DNA of 61,724 nucleotides from a bacterium (lineage in GTDB: Bacteria > Chloroflexota > Dormibacteria > Aeolococcales > Bog-877), in assembly GCA_021802045.1 (NCBI GenBank), contig JAKABB010000005.1:1-61724 (forward strand). The letters run 5' to 3'. Positions 1 through 10,278 of the stretch are shown piece by piece. Position numbers and translations under genes: made by a program. The notes under the pieces are model-generated. The model was not told where the DNA came from, made no database searches, and worked only from the letters and a program-made list of their open reading frames with translations. Each line of letters opens with the position of its first letter. Positions within the stretch are counted from its first letter, which is position 1.

Positions 1-433
1 GGAGCTGCCGGACCACGGCGCCGCGGTGGCCGACCAGGTCGTGGCCCGCGACCTCCTGGGCGAGGTCTGGGGGGCGATCGCGACCCTGCCGGAGCAGCAG
101 CGGACGGCCATGACCCTGAAGTACCAGGAGGACCTGAAGAACGCCCAGATCGGGCAGGTCCTGGGCAAGAGCGAGGGGGCGGTCAAACTCCTCGTCTTCC
201 GGGGCACGCGCGCGGTCCGGGACCGGCTCCGCGAACGCGGGGTGGTGCTGCCGGAGCTCGACGCCGCCCCCGAACCGCGCCCACGGGGGACCCGGCACGA
301 GCCGGTGGCGGGGGATGGCGGCGGCGTTCGACGCCGAACTGGCGAAGCATGGGATGAGCGCACGCGCACCCGGGACCACGACCAGATGACCTGTGCCACC
401 ATCGAGGACAACACATCGAGGACGAACGCTTGA
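1..433 (+). CDS. ECF sigma-70 factor, C-terminal part (5' end outside window)
   Basis: Region 4 signature LPEQQRTAMTLKYQEDLKNAQIGQVLGKSEGAVKLLVFRG; frame open to the window edge. Confidence 0.85.
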   Translation, partial: ELPDHGAAVADQVVARDLLGEVWGAIATLPEQQRTAMTLKYQEDLKNAQIGQVLGKSEGAVKLLVFRGTRAVRDRLRERGVVLPELDAAPEPRPRGTRHEPVAGDGGGVRRRTGEAWDERTRTRDHDQMTCATIEDNTSRTNA

Positions 434-479
434 AGGCGAGAGGCAGAGGCGATATCGTGTACCGGGACCGGATCCCGAC

Positions 480-683
480 ATGAGCAAGGTGCCCGTGGTC
501 GCTGCCGCCCTCGTGCACGACGTGTCGCCGGCGCAGCTGTCCTGGGGGCACTGGGCCGGACTTGGGCCGTTGCCCAGACCCCGCCCCGAGCTCAGCCCCG
601 TCGCGACTGTCCCCAGCCGGAGCCCCAGTCACAAGACCGAAACGGAGCTACGAAGGAGCCGCGATGTGAGAGGGGCGCGTTGA
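480..683 (+). CDS. Small hypothetical protein (67 aa)
   Basis: ATG at 480; its TGA overlaps the next ATG (TGATG at 681-685); no recognisable family. Confidence 0.3.
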   Translation: MSKVPVVAAALVHDVSPAQLSWGHWAGLGPLPRPRPELSPVATVPSRSPSHKTETELRRSRDVRGAR

Positions 684-1483
684 TGACCACGCTGATCATT
701 CCCGGCTGGCTCAACTCGGGCCCCGAACACTGGCAGTCCCTCTGGGAGCGGGCGCTACCTGATTGCGTACGGGTGGAGCAGGCCGATTGGCAGCGGCCGG
801 CTCGTGACCATTGGGTCGCGCGCCTGGACGAGGCCATCAGGCGGTGCACGGAGCCCCCCGTGCTGGCCGCGCACAGCCTGGGCTGCATCACGGTGGCGCA
901 CTGGGCGGCAGTTGGCCAGCATCCAGTGCGGGCGGCCCTGCTGGTGGCTCCACCCGATGTCGACACGACCGACGAGCCGGCGCTACATGAGTTTGGCCCC
1001 ATCCCCCGTGCGAGGCTTCCGTTTTCGACGCTGGTGGTCGGGAGTCGCAGCGACCCGTGGATGACTTACGACCGGGTGCGCGTGCTCGCGGACGCGTGGG
1101 GCGCGCGGTTCTTCGACGCCGGAGACGCGCGGCACATCAACGCCGAGGCGGGGTTCGGGCCATGGCCCGAGGGGCTCCGCCTGCTGGAGGAGCTGGCCCG
1201 CGACGCGACCACCGGAGCGGCAGGCCAGCGATGGGGCCGTCAGGCCGCTGCAGGCCACGCGCCGACCACCCCACGGTCCCACACCGCGACACCGTTCATC
1301 CAGAGAGTCTCCGGAAACCGTGAAGAGCCGCTGGGCGTGTGGGCACCGCCCGGGGCCGACGGGGCAGCCTTCGGGCCTCCCCCAGCGCACCGGGAGACGG
1401 CAGGGACGAGTGATCCAACTGTGGGCCCGCATGACGACCCGGCGGTGAGGTCGCGGGGCCGGGTGAGACCACCGCGCCCGTGA
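683..1483 (+). CDS. RBBP9/YdeN-family alpha/beta hydrolase
   Basis: IIPGWLNSGPEHWQSLWE start, AHSLG nucleophile elbow, SDPW and HIN..GFGPW motifs; low-complexity C-terminal tail. Confidence 0.9.
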   Translation: MTTLIIPGWLNSGPEHWQSLWERALPDCVRVEQADWQRPARDHWVARLDEAIRRCTEPPVLAAHSLGCITVAHWAAVGQHPVRAALLVAPPDVDTTDEPALHEFGPIPRARLPFSTLVVGSRSDPWMTYDRVRVLADAWGARFFDAGDARHINAEAGFGPWPEGLRLLEELARDATTGAAGQRWGRQAAAGHAPTTPRSHTATPFIQRVSGNREEPLGVWAPPGADGAAFGPPPAHRETAGTSDPTVGPHDDPAVRSRGRVRPPRP

Positions 1484-1967
1484 CCGGGCGCGGTGGCGAC
1501 TGCGGTGGCCGCGGTCGTCACGGGTCGCCACCGCGCCGCCGATCGCGGGGCAGCCATGCCGAGGCTGCAAGAACGGATGCTGCGGAGACACGCTGCCGGG
1601 CTGAGGTCGGGCTATGATCCCGCCGTCCGCGATCGCCACCGCTGGCCGCCCGCGGGCTTCTCGGGCCCCGCGCGCAGCAACCGGTTGGCGTGGGACCGTG
1701 AGCGGCCGTGTCGCATCCTAACGGGGCCTCCCATGCGCACGCCATCTAGTCCGCCACCTCCACTCGCTCCCCTACCGCTCGTCGTCCGCGGTCCGATCCG
1801 CCACCCGGCGCGGGCGGCGCACATCCGCTGTCTTCCACTCCCGGAAGCGCCTGGGCACCGCCGCGTGGGCCATGGACGGTCCCGGCCCCCTATGCACCCC
1901 AGTCCTGTGGGACGGGGCTGGCGCCTGCCGACGATCCGACGGTTGCGCTGGAAGCCCATACGAGCAA

Positions 1968-3314
1968 CTACTCGCCGACCGTCGACGGACCGGGGGCTGA
2001 CGCCCGCAAGCCCGCATCGAGGATGAATGCTGCTCGCTCGAACTGCTGCGTTGTCGTCGTCCACGGCGGCACGAACCGCAAGACCGTGCCTGCCCGCCGC
2101 ACACTGAACAGCAGCCCCTCCTGCCGGCAGAAGCGCTCAACCTCCCAACCCAGCCCGTCCGCGGGTTCGCGCGTCGTCCGATCCCTTACGAGTTCCACTC
2201 CCTGTATCAGACCCCGGCCGCGGATGTCGCCGATGACCGGGTGCTGTCGCGCGAGCGACTCGAGCCGCCCGCGCCATTCGGCCCCCAAGGACACCGCCCG
2301 CCCTGGCAGATCCTCCTCGACGATCGTCTCAAGGCTTGCCTCCGCCGCCGCACATGCCAGGGGGTCGGAGGTGTGCGAGTGACCGTGGACGAATCCAGCC
2401 GCCTGCGCGCGATCGGCAATCTCGTCCGTCGTGACCACCGCGCTGATCGATACTCCGCCGCCGAAGTGCTTGGAGATGGTGAGGATATCCGGGATGACCT
2501 GGGCAGGCTCACAGGCCCACATGGTCCCGAGTTTGCCCAGACCGGTCTGCGCCTCATCGAGGATCAGAAGCGCACCACGTTCCTCGCACTTGCGCTTGAG
2601 GGCGACAAGCCAGCCCTCCGGAGGTTCGATAACGCCACCCGCGCTGAACAGTGGTTCCGTAATGACCGCAGCAAGAGGGCTGTCGAGTTCGGCGTCCAAC
2701 AGTTCGAAGGTTGCATCGAGGCATACCAGCTGGCACTCGGGGAAGCTCCGCCGTATCGGGCAGCGATAGCAGTACGGCGCCATGATGGCGTGGTTGCCGT
2801 ACGCGTACGGCCCGTAGCCACGGTGCCAGTCGCGGACGCCGAAGGTCAAGGCTCTGGTGCTGTCGGAGAGCCCGTGGAAACTCACGTGGGGACTGGCAAC
2901 GTGGGTGCGACCGGTGTGGACCTTCGCTAGCTGGACCGCCGCCTCGTTGGCGTCGGCGCCCGACTCCAGGAAGAGGGAGCGGGTCAGGCCATACGGAGTC
3001 AACGCGGCGAGCCGCTCCGCCAGTGAGATTTCGTAGACGTTCAGGATGCTGCTGCTGGCGTGGATCAAGGTGTCACAGGCCTGCCGGATGGCCTCCACAA
3101 CTCGATGAGGCTGATGCCCCAGGGCTGCGCACATCTGTCCGGAGTTGAAGTCCAGGTACTGGCGACCCTCGGTATCCCAGACGACGCTGCCTTCGCCGCG
3201 TACCAGGACTGGTCCGTGGGCGCTACGCGCGTCCATTCGCGTGCTGAGGATGTAGTGCCGGGCTCTGGCGAGCCATTCGGCTTCGGAGAGCTGAGCGTTG
3301 GGACTCGACGTCAT
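1968..3314 (-). CDS. Class III PLP aminotransferase, 2,2-dialkylglycine decarboxylase-like
   Basis: LDFNSGQMCAALGH, EPLFSAGGVIE, LILDEAQTGLG, PDILTISK, H.SDPL, REPADGLG closely follow the DGD sequence as recalled; AGGAGG RBS. Confidence 0.85.
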   Translation of the reverse strand: MTSSPNAQLSEAEWLARARHYILSTRMDARSAHGPVLVRGEGSVVWDTEGRQYLDFNSGQMCAALGHQPHRVVEAIRQACDTLIHASSSILNVYEISLAERLAALTPYGLTRSLFLESGADANEAAVQLAKVHTGRTHVASPHVSFHGLSDSTRALTFGVRDWHRGYGPYAYGNHAIMAPYCYRCPIRRSFPECQLVCLDATFELLDAELDSPLAAVITEPLFSAGGVIEPPEGWLVALKRKCEERGALLILDEAQTGLGKLGTMWACEPAQVIPDILTISKHFGGGVSISAVVTTDEIADRAQAAGFVHGHSHTSDPLACAAAEASLETIVEEDLPGRAVSLGAEWRGRLESLARQHPVIGDIRGRGLIQGVELVRDRTTREPADGLGWEVERFCRQEGLLFSVRRAGTVLRFVPPWTTTTQQFERAAFILDAGLRASAPGPSTVGE

Positions 3315-3681
3315 GGGATATCTGTCCTCCTGAGGGTGAGCGACCGGGAGACGACGGGCGGATTGGCCTCCGGCACAGTCGGTCCCGGTGGCTGCAGCGC
3401 CAGGATCTTGGAGGAACCGAAGGCGGGGCAGGGCCGTCCTGTGAGAGCGACGCCGTATTGAATCCTATCGGCGAGACGGACCATCACTCTGCACTCGGTC
3501 AGCGTACCCAGGTTGATGAAGGCCTGACCGTTGATTGCGCGGACCGCGGACGGCTCCCTGGCGGCTGAGGGAGCGACCGCATCGTCCAGTGGTGTGCGGT
3601 CTCTGTCGCCACCACGCAGCTGGCAGCGTCTGCTGGGCTGGGAGTGGCAGTTGCCCAGTGGACGCCACGCACCTACGCGGG

Positions 3682-4632
3682 TCAGCGAGAACAGCACCGC
3701 CTCCACCTCGTGAGTTGAGGGCCGCTGACGATGAGCGCCACCCCCAAGGTGATCAACCCGGCGGCGAGGGTGCTGCCCGGGGTCAGGCGCTGGTTGAGGA
3801 TGACGAGTCCGAGGATGAGCGTCATGACAGGATTGACGTAGGCATATGTGGCGACGGTGCTGGCGGGCAGCACTTCAAGGGCGTAGACGTAGCAGGTGTA
3901 CCCCAGCAGCGACCCCACCACCACCAGCCACGCATACGCGTCCAGTGGTCCGCCCACGATGTGGTGCCATTGGATGTGGCGTGTCTCCATCGTCGCCATC
4001 CCGGCGAGGAGGAGTCCCACGCCGCCGACAACCATCTCGATGGCCGCGGCGACGAAGACCCTGGAGGGCAGGGGTGCCCGGCTCGAGTACAGCGACCCGA
4101 CGGCCCACAGCACCGCGGCGGCAAGCAGGCCCACGGTGGATGCGGGCGACAGCTGTCCCCCGGCTGTGGGGCCGACCAGGACGGCCACGCCGGCGAGTCC
4201 CAGGAGGATGCCCATCCATCCCAGCCCGCCAGGCGACGGGGCCCGTCCCCAGAGAAGCCCCACCACGGCGACCCAGAGGGGAACCGTCGCGATGAGGAGA
4301 GCGGCGATACCAGAGGGCACGCGCAGTTCGGCCCAGGTGATGAGGCCGCTGCCGCCGAGCACGAGGAACAATCCAACGATCCCCGCGCGGTAAGCCTCAG
4401 CTGGAGCGGGGAGTCGCCACCGCAGCTTGTCGGTGCGTCCCGCGACGGCGTACAGGACCAGCCCGGCGAGGAGGAAGCGACTTCCCGCCATGAGCAGAGG
4501 CGGCATAGCCCTCACCGCCACCTGGATGGCGGTGAAAGTCGAGCCCCAGGTTACATACACGACCGCCAGTGCGAGCCAGCCCTTGACCGTCGGGCTGCCC
4601 AGGACGCCGCCTCTCATCCGAGCGAACATCAC
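3682..4632 (-). CDS. EamA/DMT family transporter (YedA-like)
   Basis: VYVTWGSTFTAI, MPPLLMAGSRF, TYAYVNPV; about 10 hydrophobic segments. Confidence 0.9.
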   Translation of the reverse strand: MMFARMRGGVLGSPTVKGWLALAVVYVTWGSTFTAIQVAVRAMPPLLMAGSRFLLAGLVLYAVAGRTDKLRWRLPAPAEAYRAGIVGLFLVLGGSGLITWAELRVPSGIAALLIATVPLWVAVVGLLWGRAPSPGGLGWMGILLGLAGVAVLVGPTAGGQLSPASTVGLLAAAVLWAVGSLYSSRAPLPSRVFVAAAIEMVVGGVGLLLAGMATMETRHIQWHHIVGGPLDAYAWLVVVGSLLGYTCYVYALEVLPASTVATYAYVNPVMTLILGLVILNQRLTPGSTLAAGLITLGVALIVSGPQLTRWRRCCSR

Positions 4633-5436
4633 CCCGGCGGCGCGTCCATCATCTCCGGCCTCAGGCCCAGTCTGACTTCAGGGCGGCCGGAGATGATGGA
4701 CTGCTGGCGGAGCCTTCCCGTGTGGCGTCTGGCCACGACTCGGTGGCCGGGCAGCCGCCGCAGCCGGCGATCGCTTCCATCACCCCGAGACGACCCACTG
4801 CCGGCGAACGGCAGCCCGCGCGGTCGACCGAGCCGCTCCTGGAGTCCCCCGGCGGTGCCGCCGACCTCGGACACCGGGCCCCACGCGCCAGGGCGGCGAC
4901 GCGGGTCCCCACCGCGCGGCGGGGCAAGCCGGAGTGGCCCACCCGTAGGGCCACGGCCCCCCGGGCAGAGCCGTCCCAGACTGGAGGTCGGTCCGCAATC
5001 GTGGCAGGCAGCCTGCGCGTCCCCGAGCCACCGCTCTGGCACCGGGCAGCATCCATGTGGCAAAGGGCGCGTGCGCGGAACACTTCGGTCAAGCCTCCGT
5101 CCCCGCCGCTGTGCCGAGACGCCGGGATGTGGAGGCCGTCCAAGGCGACGTCGATCGGGAATGGTATGGCCTCCTGCCAGCTGCTGACGAGCCCCAGGCG
5201 AGCGCAGAAGAGGGGTGTCGGCCCGACATCCCCACCCCGTCGCCCGGGCGTGACCTGCCTCGCAATCGTCGCCGCTGACCCCCCGAGAGACGGGCGTGGC
5301 GCCACTGCTCCGAGCCGCGTCGTCGGACGTGGTCGCCAGCACCCGTCTGGAGTGGCTATCGGGGGGCCATCCACTGCCGGCGGCAACCACTACCGGGTGT
5401 CATCCTCGAGTCGCCTCCCCGCACCTCGGGGTCCGA

Positions 5437-7296
5437 TCACACCGCCGCATCCCCTTCCCCCGCGACCACGGCCGCTCCGCTGTCCGTGATGGCCTTGATC
5501 TCAGCAGTCGTGTAACCGCTGGCCAGGCCCCAGTAATAGGCGACCAGCCCGATGGGTAGGACCGCCACGCTGTCCCATGGGAACGGCACCAGCGGGCTTG
5601 CCAAGGGACCGTACCCGCCATAGTAGGAGAGCAGCAGCGACGCAAACACCAGGAAGATGAACCACCACGCCGCGGCCACCGCCTGCCGTCCCTCCCGGTT
5701 GCTCAGCGCCCACATTGCGGCGGTAAAGCCGACGACTTCACAGAGCTCCAGAGCGTAGTAGAGCAGGAAGGTTGGGTGTGCGCCCAGCGGGGTGCCGACG
5801 GCGGTCAGCACCCACCCGCCAAAGTATTGCGTCCCGATCCATGCCACCAGGAACGCACCCCCGAGAAGGGCGCCGGCTCTCTTCTCCAACCACCCCTGAC
5901 GGGGGCCGTAGAACCATGCCAATGCGGGCAGGACCACAAATACGGCGGCAACGACATTGATCAGGACGGCAAAGGTCGTCCAATACAGGATGATGACCGC
6001 CGCCAGAAATGCAATCGGACCCATGACACCGGCGCGCCAGAGCCGGAACGGCCGGTGCAGGTCGCCCGCCGTCCTCCGGAGGATCTGAACGCCCAGGCCT
6101 CCCCATATGTACGTGACGACTGTTGCCGCGGTAACGAACCCCACCAAGAGGTACCAACTGGGCACCGGCGCCAGGAACATCATGCCCAGGACAGTGCTCG
6201 CCACGAGGGCGATCCAGGGAATGCGGAACCGACGTGACAACGCCTGCCCGCCGCGCGACACATAACCGTTCACCGAGAGTCCGTACAGGCTGCGGGTGGC
6301 CGATCCCAGGAAGACGTAGCCACTCCCGGCCGGCGAAATGAACGCGTCGATCAGAAGAACCGTGCCAAAGGCGCCGAGGAAGCCGACGCCTGATGCCTTG
6401 AGCACGTCATAGAAGGGGGCACCTGCAAAGCTTCCCGAGGTGAGACCGGCCCAGTCGCCGAGCTTGATGCCGGCCTTTGACCACTCGATGGCCCCGGTAA
6501 AGGCGATCTGAAGCAGGACGTACAGGGCAATGAGCGTGGCGACCGCCAACAGGCTGGCCAAAGGCACGTCGCGCTGTGGATTGCGAGCCTCACCCGCAAA
6601 GTCAAAGGCCTTGCGGAAGCCGCCATAGGCGAAGACGATTCCCCCGATGGCGACGGCCACGAAGATGGGCTTGACCCCGAGTGGCGCAAAGCCGCCATAG
6701 GCGACGAAGTTGGCGGCATGAAACGAGAGTGTGAAGATCAGGAGGAAGGTGAGGGTGGGAACGACGATCTTCCAGATGGACACGGGCACATTGAATCGGC
6801 CGAGGAACTGCACGCCAAAGAGATTGATGAGGAAGAAGACGACCATCAGGACGAATGCCAGGATGATGCCGACCGGCCAGGCCAGCACGGTGACTCCTTG
6901 CTGAACCGCAACCAGGCCCTTCATGTAACTGGATGCGTAGGTCACGACGGCCTCGGCCTCTATGGGAGGCACTGCAGCCACTGCCAGGAGATATGCCCAC
7001 CCCATGAGGAGTCCCACGTATCCCCCGTGAGTCAGTTGCGGGAACCGGGCTATGGCTCCGCTGCGGGGGATCATTCCCACCGTTTCCGCGTACGTGAGGG
7101 CGACGGCGGCCACGAGGACCCCGCCGATGAGCCACGAGACGATGACCGCGGGCCCCGCCAGGGAGTCAGAGAGAAGAACTGCGAAGAGCCAGCCGGACCC
7201 GATCGTGCCTCCGGCTGCTATCAAGTAGAGTTGCCAGAATCCGAGTCGCTTCGATAAGCCTTGGTCGCCGGAGTGTTGAGCAATGCGTTTCGCCAT
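5437..7296 (-). CDS. APC family amino acid permease
   Basis: GGTIGSGWLF TM1 motif, TYAE..GMIPRSG, AGEARNPQRDVP; AAGGGGAGG RBS before ATG 7296. Confidence 0.9.
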   Translation of the reverse strand: MAKRIAQHSGDQGLSKRLGFWQLYLIAAGGTIGSGWLFAVLLSDSLAGPAVIVSWLIGGVLVAAVALTYAETVGMIPRSGAIARFPQLTHGGYVGLLMGWAYLLAVAAVPPIEAEAVVTYASSYMKGLVAVQQGVTVLAWPVGIILAFVLMVVFFLINLFGVQFLGRFNVPVSIWKIVVPTLTFLLIFTLSFHAANFVAYGGFAPLGVKPIFVAVAIGGIVFAYGGFRKAFDFAGEARNPQRDVPLASLLAVATLIALYVLLQIAFTGAIEWSKAGIKLGDWAGLTSGSFAGAPFYDVLKASGVGFLGAFGTVLLIDAFISPAGSGYVFLGSATRSLYGLSVNGYVSRGGQALSRRFRIPWIALVASTVLGMMFLAPVPSWYLLVGFVTAATVVTYIWGGLGVQILRRTAGDLHRPFRLWRAGVMGPIAFLAAVIILYWTTFAVLINVVAAVFVVLPALAWFYGPRQGWLEKRAGALLGGAFLVAWIGTQYFGGWVLTAVGTPLGAHPTFLLYYALELCEVVGFTAAMWALSNREGRQAVAAAWWFIFLVFASLLLSYYGGYGPLASPLVPFPWDSVAVLPIGLVAYYWGLASGYTTAEIKAITDSGAAVVAGEGDAAV

Positions 7297-7528
7297 GGCC
7301 TCCCCTTGAGTGGCACCCATCGCTTGGCATGGGCTGGTCATCGCCGACATGCGGTGTTGCAGGCGCGGTCTTCACAGATGCTTGTCACCGTGTTGCAGGG
7401 CTCTGGGCTGCAGTGGTCTCCCCCCAACTGCTCTGTGGGCAATGGCGCCGGGCGTCCCGGCCGTTCTGTGCCGTGTGCGGTCGCAGGTCCTCTCTCCCCT
7501 GGGCGGTGAGCCGCGGGGGACTGGGTGA

Positions 7529-8863
7529 TCAGGCTGGCTTGTAATCCGGGACCGAGGTGGCGACGTCCAGCTGGAAGTGCACGGTGCGGAAGCGGCGGCG
7601 GAGATCCAGCACCTGCCGCCGCCACTGGTCGGCGTGGCTGGGCTGGGTTAGGGCGTTGGTGACCAGGTCGGCGACTGGTCCCATGTCCGGCTCCGTCATG
7701 CCCCAGCGGGTCAACTCCTGCACGCCGAGCCGAATCCCCCCGTAGGGTTGTGCGTCGACAGAGGTCTCCACCGGGAGAGGGATGCCACTGAATAGAACGT
7801 TGCTACGCTCGGCCACTCGAGCCGCCTTGGTCCCGCCACCGAAGGGACGGGCATCGATTGCCACCAGATGGGAGTGAGTGGCCCGGCCGCCAGACTCTCC
7901 ATCGGGGTTCCAGACGGGGAGCCCGCAGAGGGCAAGGTCGGTTGCCAGGGCGCTGGCGTTCGCGATGCACTGGCGGGCATAGGTGGAGCCGAATTGGAGC
8001 TGCTCCACCGCGGCGATGGCGGTGCCGGCGAGGCGGCCCATGTCGAAGTTGGCCGTGAGCCCTGGGTAGACCACTTGGCGGACTCGAGCGGCCAGCTCTT
8101 CGTCGTTGGTCGCGACCAGCCCGCCAGCAGGACCGCCGAAGGACTTGTAGGTCGAGGTGGTGAGGAGATCGGCTCCCTCGTCAAGCGGCTGCTGAAAACA
8201 GCCGCCGACGATGAGACCGGCGACATGGGCGCCGTCATACATCAGCCGGGCTCCGACCCCGTGGGCGAGTGCTGCGACCCGCTCCAGCTTGTAGGGCAGG
8301 AGCGGTAGGCTGGTGCCCATCACGACGAGGCGGGGCCGGACGCGCTCCAGCTCGACCGCAAACGCTCCCCAGTCGATCAGGTGCGTCCCCGGCTGACAGG
8401 GGATCGAATGGACGTGCAGCCCGAAGAGGCCAGCTGCGCCCTCGGCGTGGTGGGTGGCATGCGCGCCCACCTCGAGCGGCATGGCGAAGATGTCGTCACC
8501 GGGTCTGGTGGTCGCCATGTAGGCGACTAGGTTCGCCATCGACCCGCTCAACGTACGAGGCTCGACGAAGCGGGCGTGAAAGGCTCGACCCAGGAGGTCC
8601 ATGGCCGCGACCTCGATACGGTCGCTGTAGACGAGACCGGTCTCGTACTTGTCGCCTGGGGGCCCGAGGCTGGGGCGGCTGTTCATCGTGGTAGCCATGG
8701 CCCGTCGCACGGCAGGGCTCTGGATGTTCGTTCCCGCGTAGAGATTCACGCACTCGGCGTCAACCAGCTGTTCGCTGTCGCCGATCCACGTGAAGACCGA
8801 CCTCGCGAGGGCGGCAGGGTCGGTGGGGTGCTGGTCGTGGCCTTGGGTCATCGCTGGTGACAT
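7529..8863 (-). CDS. SHMT-like PLP enzyme, alpha-methylserine aldolase-like subfamily
   Basis: SRPSLGPPGDKYETGL, HHAEGAAGLFG, QQPLDEGAD, STYKSFGGPAGG, YPGLTANFD; lacks canonical GlyA NKY.EGYP and TTHKTLRGP. Confidence 0.8.
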   Translation of the reverse strand: MSPAMTQGHDQHPTDPAALARSVFTWIGDSEQLVDAECVNLYAGTNIQSPAVRRAMATTMNSRPSLGPPGDKYETGLVYSDRIEVAAMDLLGRAFHARFVEPRTLSGSMANLVAYMATTRPGDDIFAMPLEVGAHATHHAEGAAGLFGLHVHSIPCQPGTHLIDWGAFAVELERVRPRLVVMGTSLPLLPYKLERVAALAHGVGARLMYDGAHVAGLIVGGCFQQPLDEGADLLTTSTYKSFGGPAGGLVATNDEELAARVRQVVYPGLTANFDMGRLAGTAIAAVEQLQFGSTYARQCIANASALATDLALCGLPVWNPDGESGGRATHSHLVAIDARPFGGGTKAARVAERSNVLFSGIPLPVETSVDAQPYGGIRLGVQELTRWGMTEPDMGPVADLVTNALTQPSHADQWRRQVLDLRRRFRTVHFQLDVATSVPDYKPA

Positions 8864-8877
8864 GTCAGGACTTGTTC

Positions 8878-9522
8878 CTAGTAGGAGGGCGGGCAGGATA
8901 CGGCAAGGACGATCGCTGGGCGGCCGTCGGGATTCGCCCAGTGGTGGGGGAAAGTGCAGGGGTAGTAGATGGTGTCGCCCTGATCAAGATCGACGACCTT
9001 CTCCTGGACCCAGACCCGAAGCGAGCCGTCCAGGACCGTGAGGAACTCCTCTCCTTCGTGGGTTATCGGACCACCGCTGGCGGCGCCGGCCGGGACGAGG
9101 AGAAGGGAGGGTTCCATCAGCACGTTGCTGGCATTCAACAGGTGCTCCTGGAGGACCTCTCCTTGGGCGGTGACGTTCCGCACGGACCGGACGCGGTCCC
9201 GTCGCCGGGTGATCTTCACGGGCTGGACTTCCTCAGTGAGGAAGAAGTCGGTGACGCTGCACCCGTAGAGGTGGGCGAACGTCATCAGTTCGACGACGGA
9301 GAGCTGCTGCTGGCCGCGCTCCACTCGGCTGAGTTGACTGGCCGAGACGCCGATCCGTTGCGCGGCCTCTGCCAGCGTCAGCCGTTGCGCGGTGCGCAAC
9401 ACCCGGAGCTTCTTCCCCAGTCGGACTCCGAACCCCTCGATGTCAGGGGGGGGCTCAGGCTGTTGCGCGACTTGAGGCTCATGCAAAACTGTATTAGGCG
9501 TAGGGCTGGATTCCCGTGGCAT
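8878..9522 (-). CDS. XRE-family HTH regulator with C-terminal cupin domain
   Basis: LTLAEAAQRIGVSASQLSRVERG HTH; HEGEEF..VLDG and PHHWAN cupin motifs. Confidence 0.92.
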   Translation of the reverse strand: MPRESSPTPNTVLHEPQVAQQPEPPPDIEGFGVRLGKKLRVLRTAQRLTLAEAAQRIGVSASQLSRVERGQQQLSVVELMTFAHLYGCSVTDFFLTEEVQPVKITRRRDRVRSVRNVTAQGEVLQEHLLNASNVLMEPSLLLVPAGAASGGPITHEGEEFLTVLDGSLRVWVQEKVVDLDQGDTIYYPCTFPHHWANPDGRPAIVLAVSCPPSY

Positions 9523-9557
9523 GCGTGGATGATAGCGACGGTTTGCAGAATCCGCAA
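9523..9557 (-). promoter_or_regulatory. Sigma70-type promoter with overlapping palindromic operator
   Basis: Minus strand TTGCGG-17 bp-TATCAT, 6 nt before ATG 9522; palindrome TTGCAGA-A-TCCGCAA at 9543-9557. Confidence 0.7.
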
Positions 9558-9748
9558 GAGGACGCCCCCCGGCTCCCTGCCTCCGCCTGGCGCGGCGGGT
9601 ACCGGGGCTCCGCCTGGGTCCTGATCGGGTCCAGCGAGCCCCAGCGGATACACCTCATCGACCCAGAGCGCACTCAACCCTTCGTGGGATGGCTCCGCCC
9701 CGCTCCGGGAGCTCCACGACCAGCCGGAACGCTTACGCTCCGGCGGTC

Positions 9749-9997
9749 GTGATCCCTGCCGGCGACGCCCCGGCTGCCGCCGCGCTCGCCAAGCGGACTG
9801 CGGCCCTGCTGCGTGACGCCCGCTCGGTCCAGCGCCGGCTGGACACCCTGGCGGCGACCGCGCTGGCCGTGGATGACCCCAGCCTGCCCCAGATCGCCGT
9901 GGCCAGGGAAGCGGTGCAGCGGCTCGTGGTCGAGCTCGCCTACCGGGAGCGCGGCGAGCAGCGTCGGGCCAAGGGGGCCGGGCGCCGGATCCGCTGA
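9749..9997 (+). CDS. Small helical hypothetical protein
   Basis: ORF 9689-9997; GTG 9749 overlaps an upstream TGA; protein-like composition, no family recognised. Confidence 0.45.
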   Translation: MIPAGDAPAAAALAKRTAALLRDARSVQRRLDTLAATALAVDDPSLPQIAVAREAVQRLVVELAYRERGEQRRAKGAGRRIR

Positions 9998-10027
9998 TCG
10001 GCTGGGGCTCAGATCGTCCCGGCCCCC

Positions 10028-10278
10028 TCACCGGCTGCCGAAAAGCTCTCGTTCAATCTCCGGCCGGGTCTTGCCCAGATGAGCGCTCACCTCGGCAAGA
10101 ATCGCTGCCAGCGTGCCCACCCGAAGCGGGCCTCCTGCCGGAATGGTCAAGTGTGCTCGCCGTTCCAGGTGGTGTCGAGACGCATGTGGCTGCCTGACTG
10201 GCGGACCACCGTATAGCCGTAGTGGCGTCGCAGCAGTCCCGCCAGCTCTTGCCCGCTGAGGTCCCGGGGCAGCCTCAG
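10028..10278 (-). pseudogene. hicA: HicA-family toxin, frameshifted
   Basis: LRLPRDLSGQEL..GYTVVRQSGSHMRL in one frame, LTIPAGGPLRVGTLAAIL in another; break at GAG CAC AC TTG near 10150. Confidence 0.85.

Noticed and set aside
1484-1967. Short ORFs between the hydrolase and the aminotransferase
   Set aside because: Arg/Pro-rich overlapping frames with no recognisable motif
7529-8863. Calling this gene housekeeping glyA
   Set aside because: Lacks canonical SHMT signature motifs; fits the aldolase-like subfamily better
9995-10010. GGCTGGGGC as att repeat of the tRNA-Gln 3' end
   Set aside because: Only 9 bp in GC-rich DNA; expected by chance
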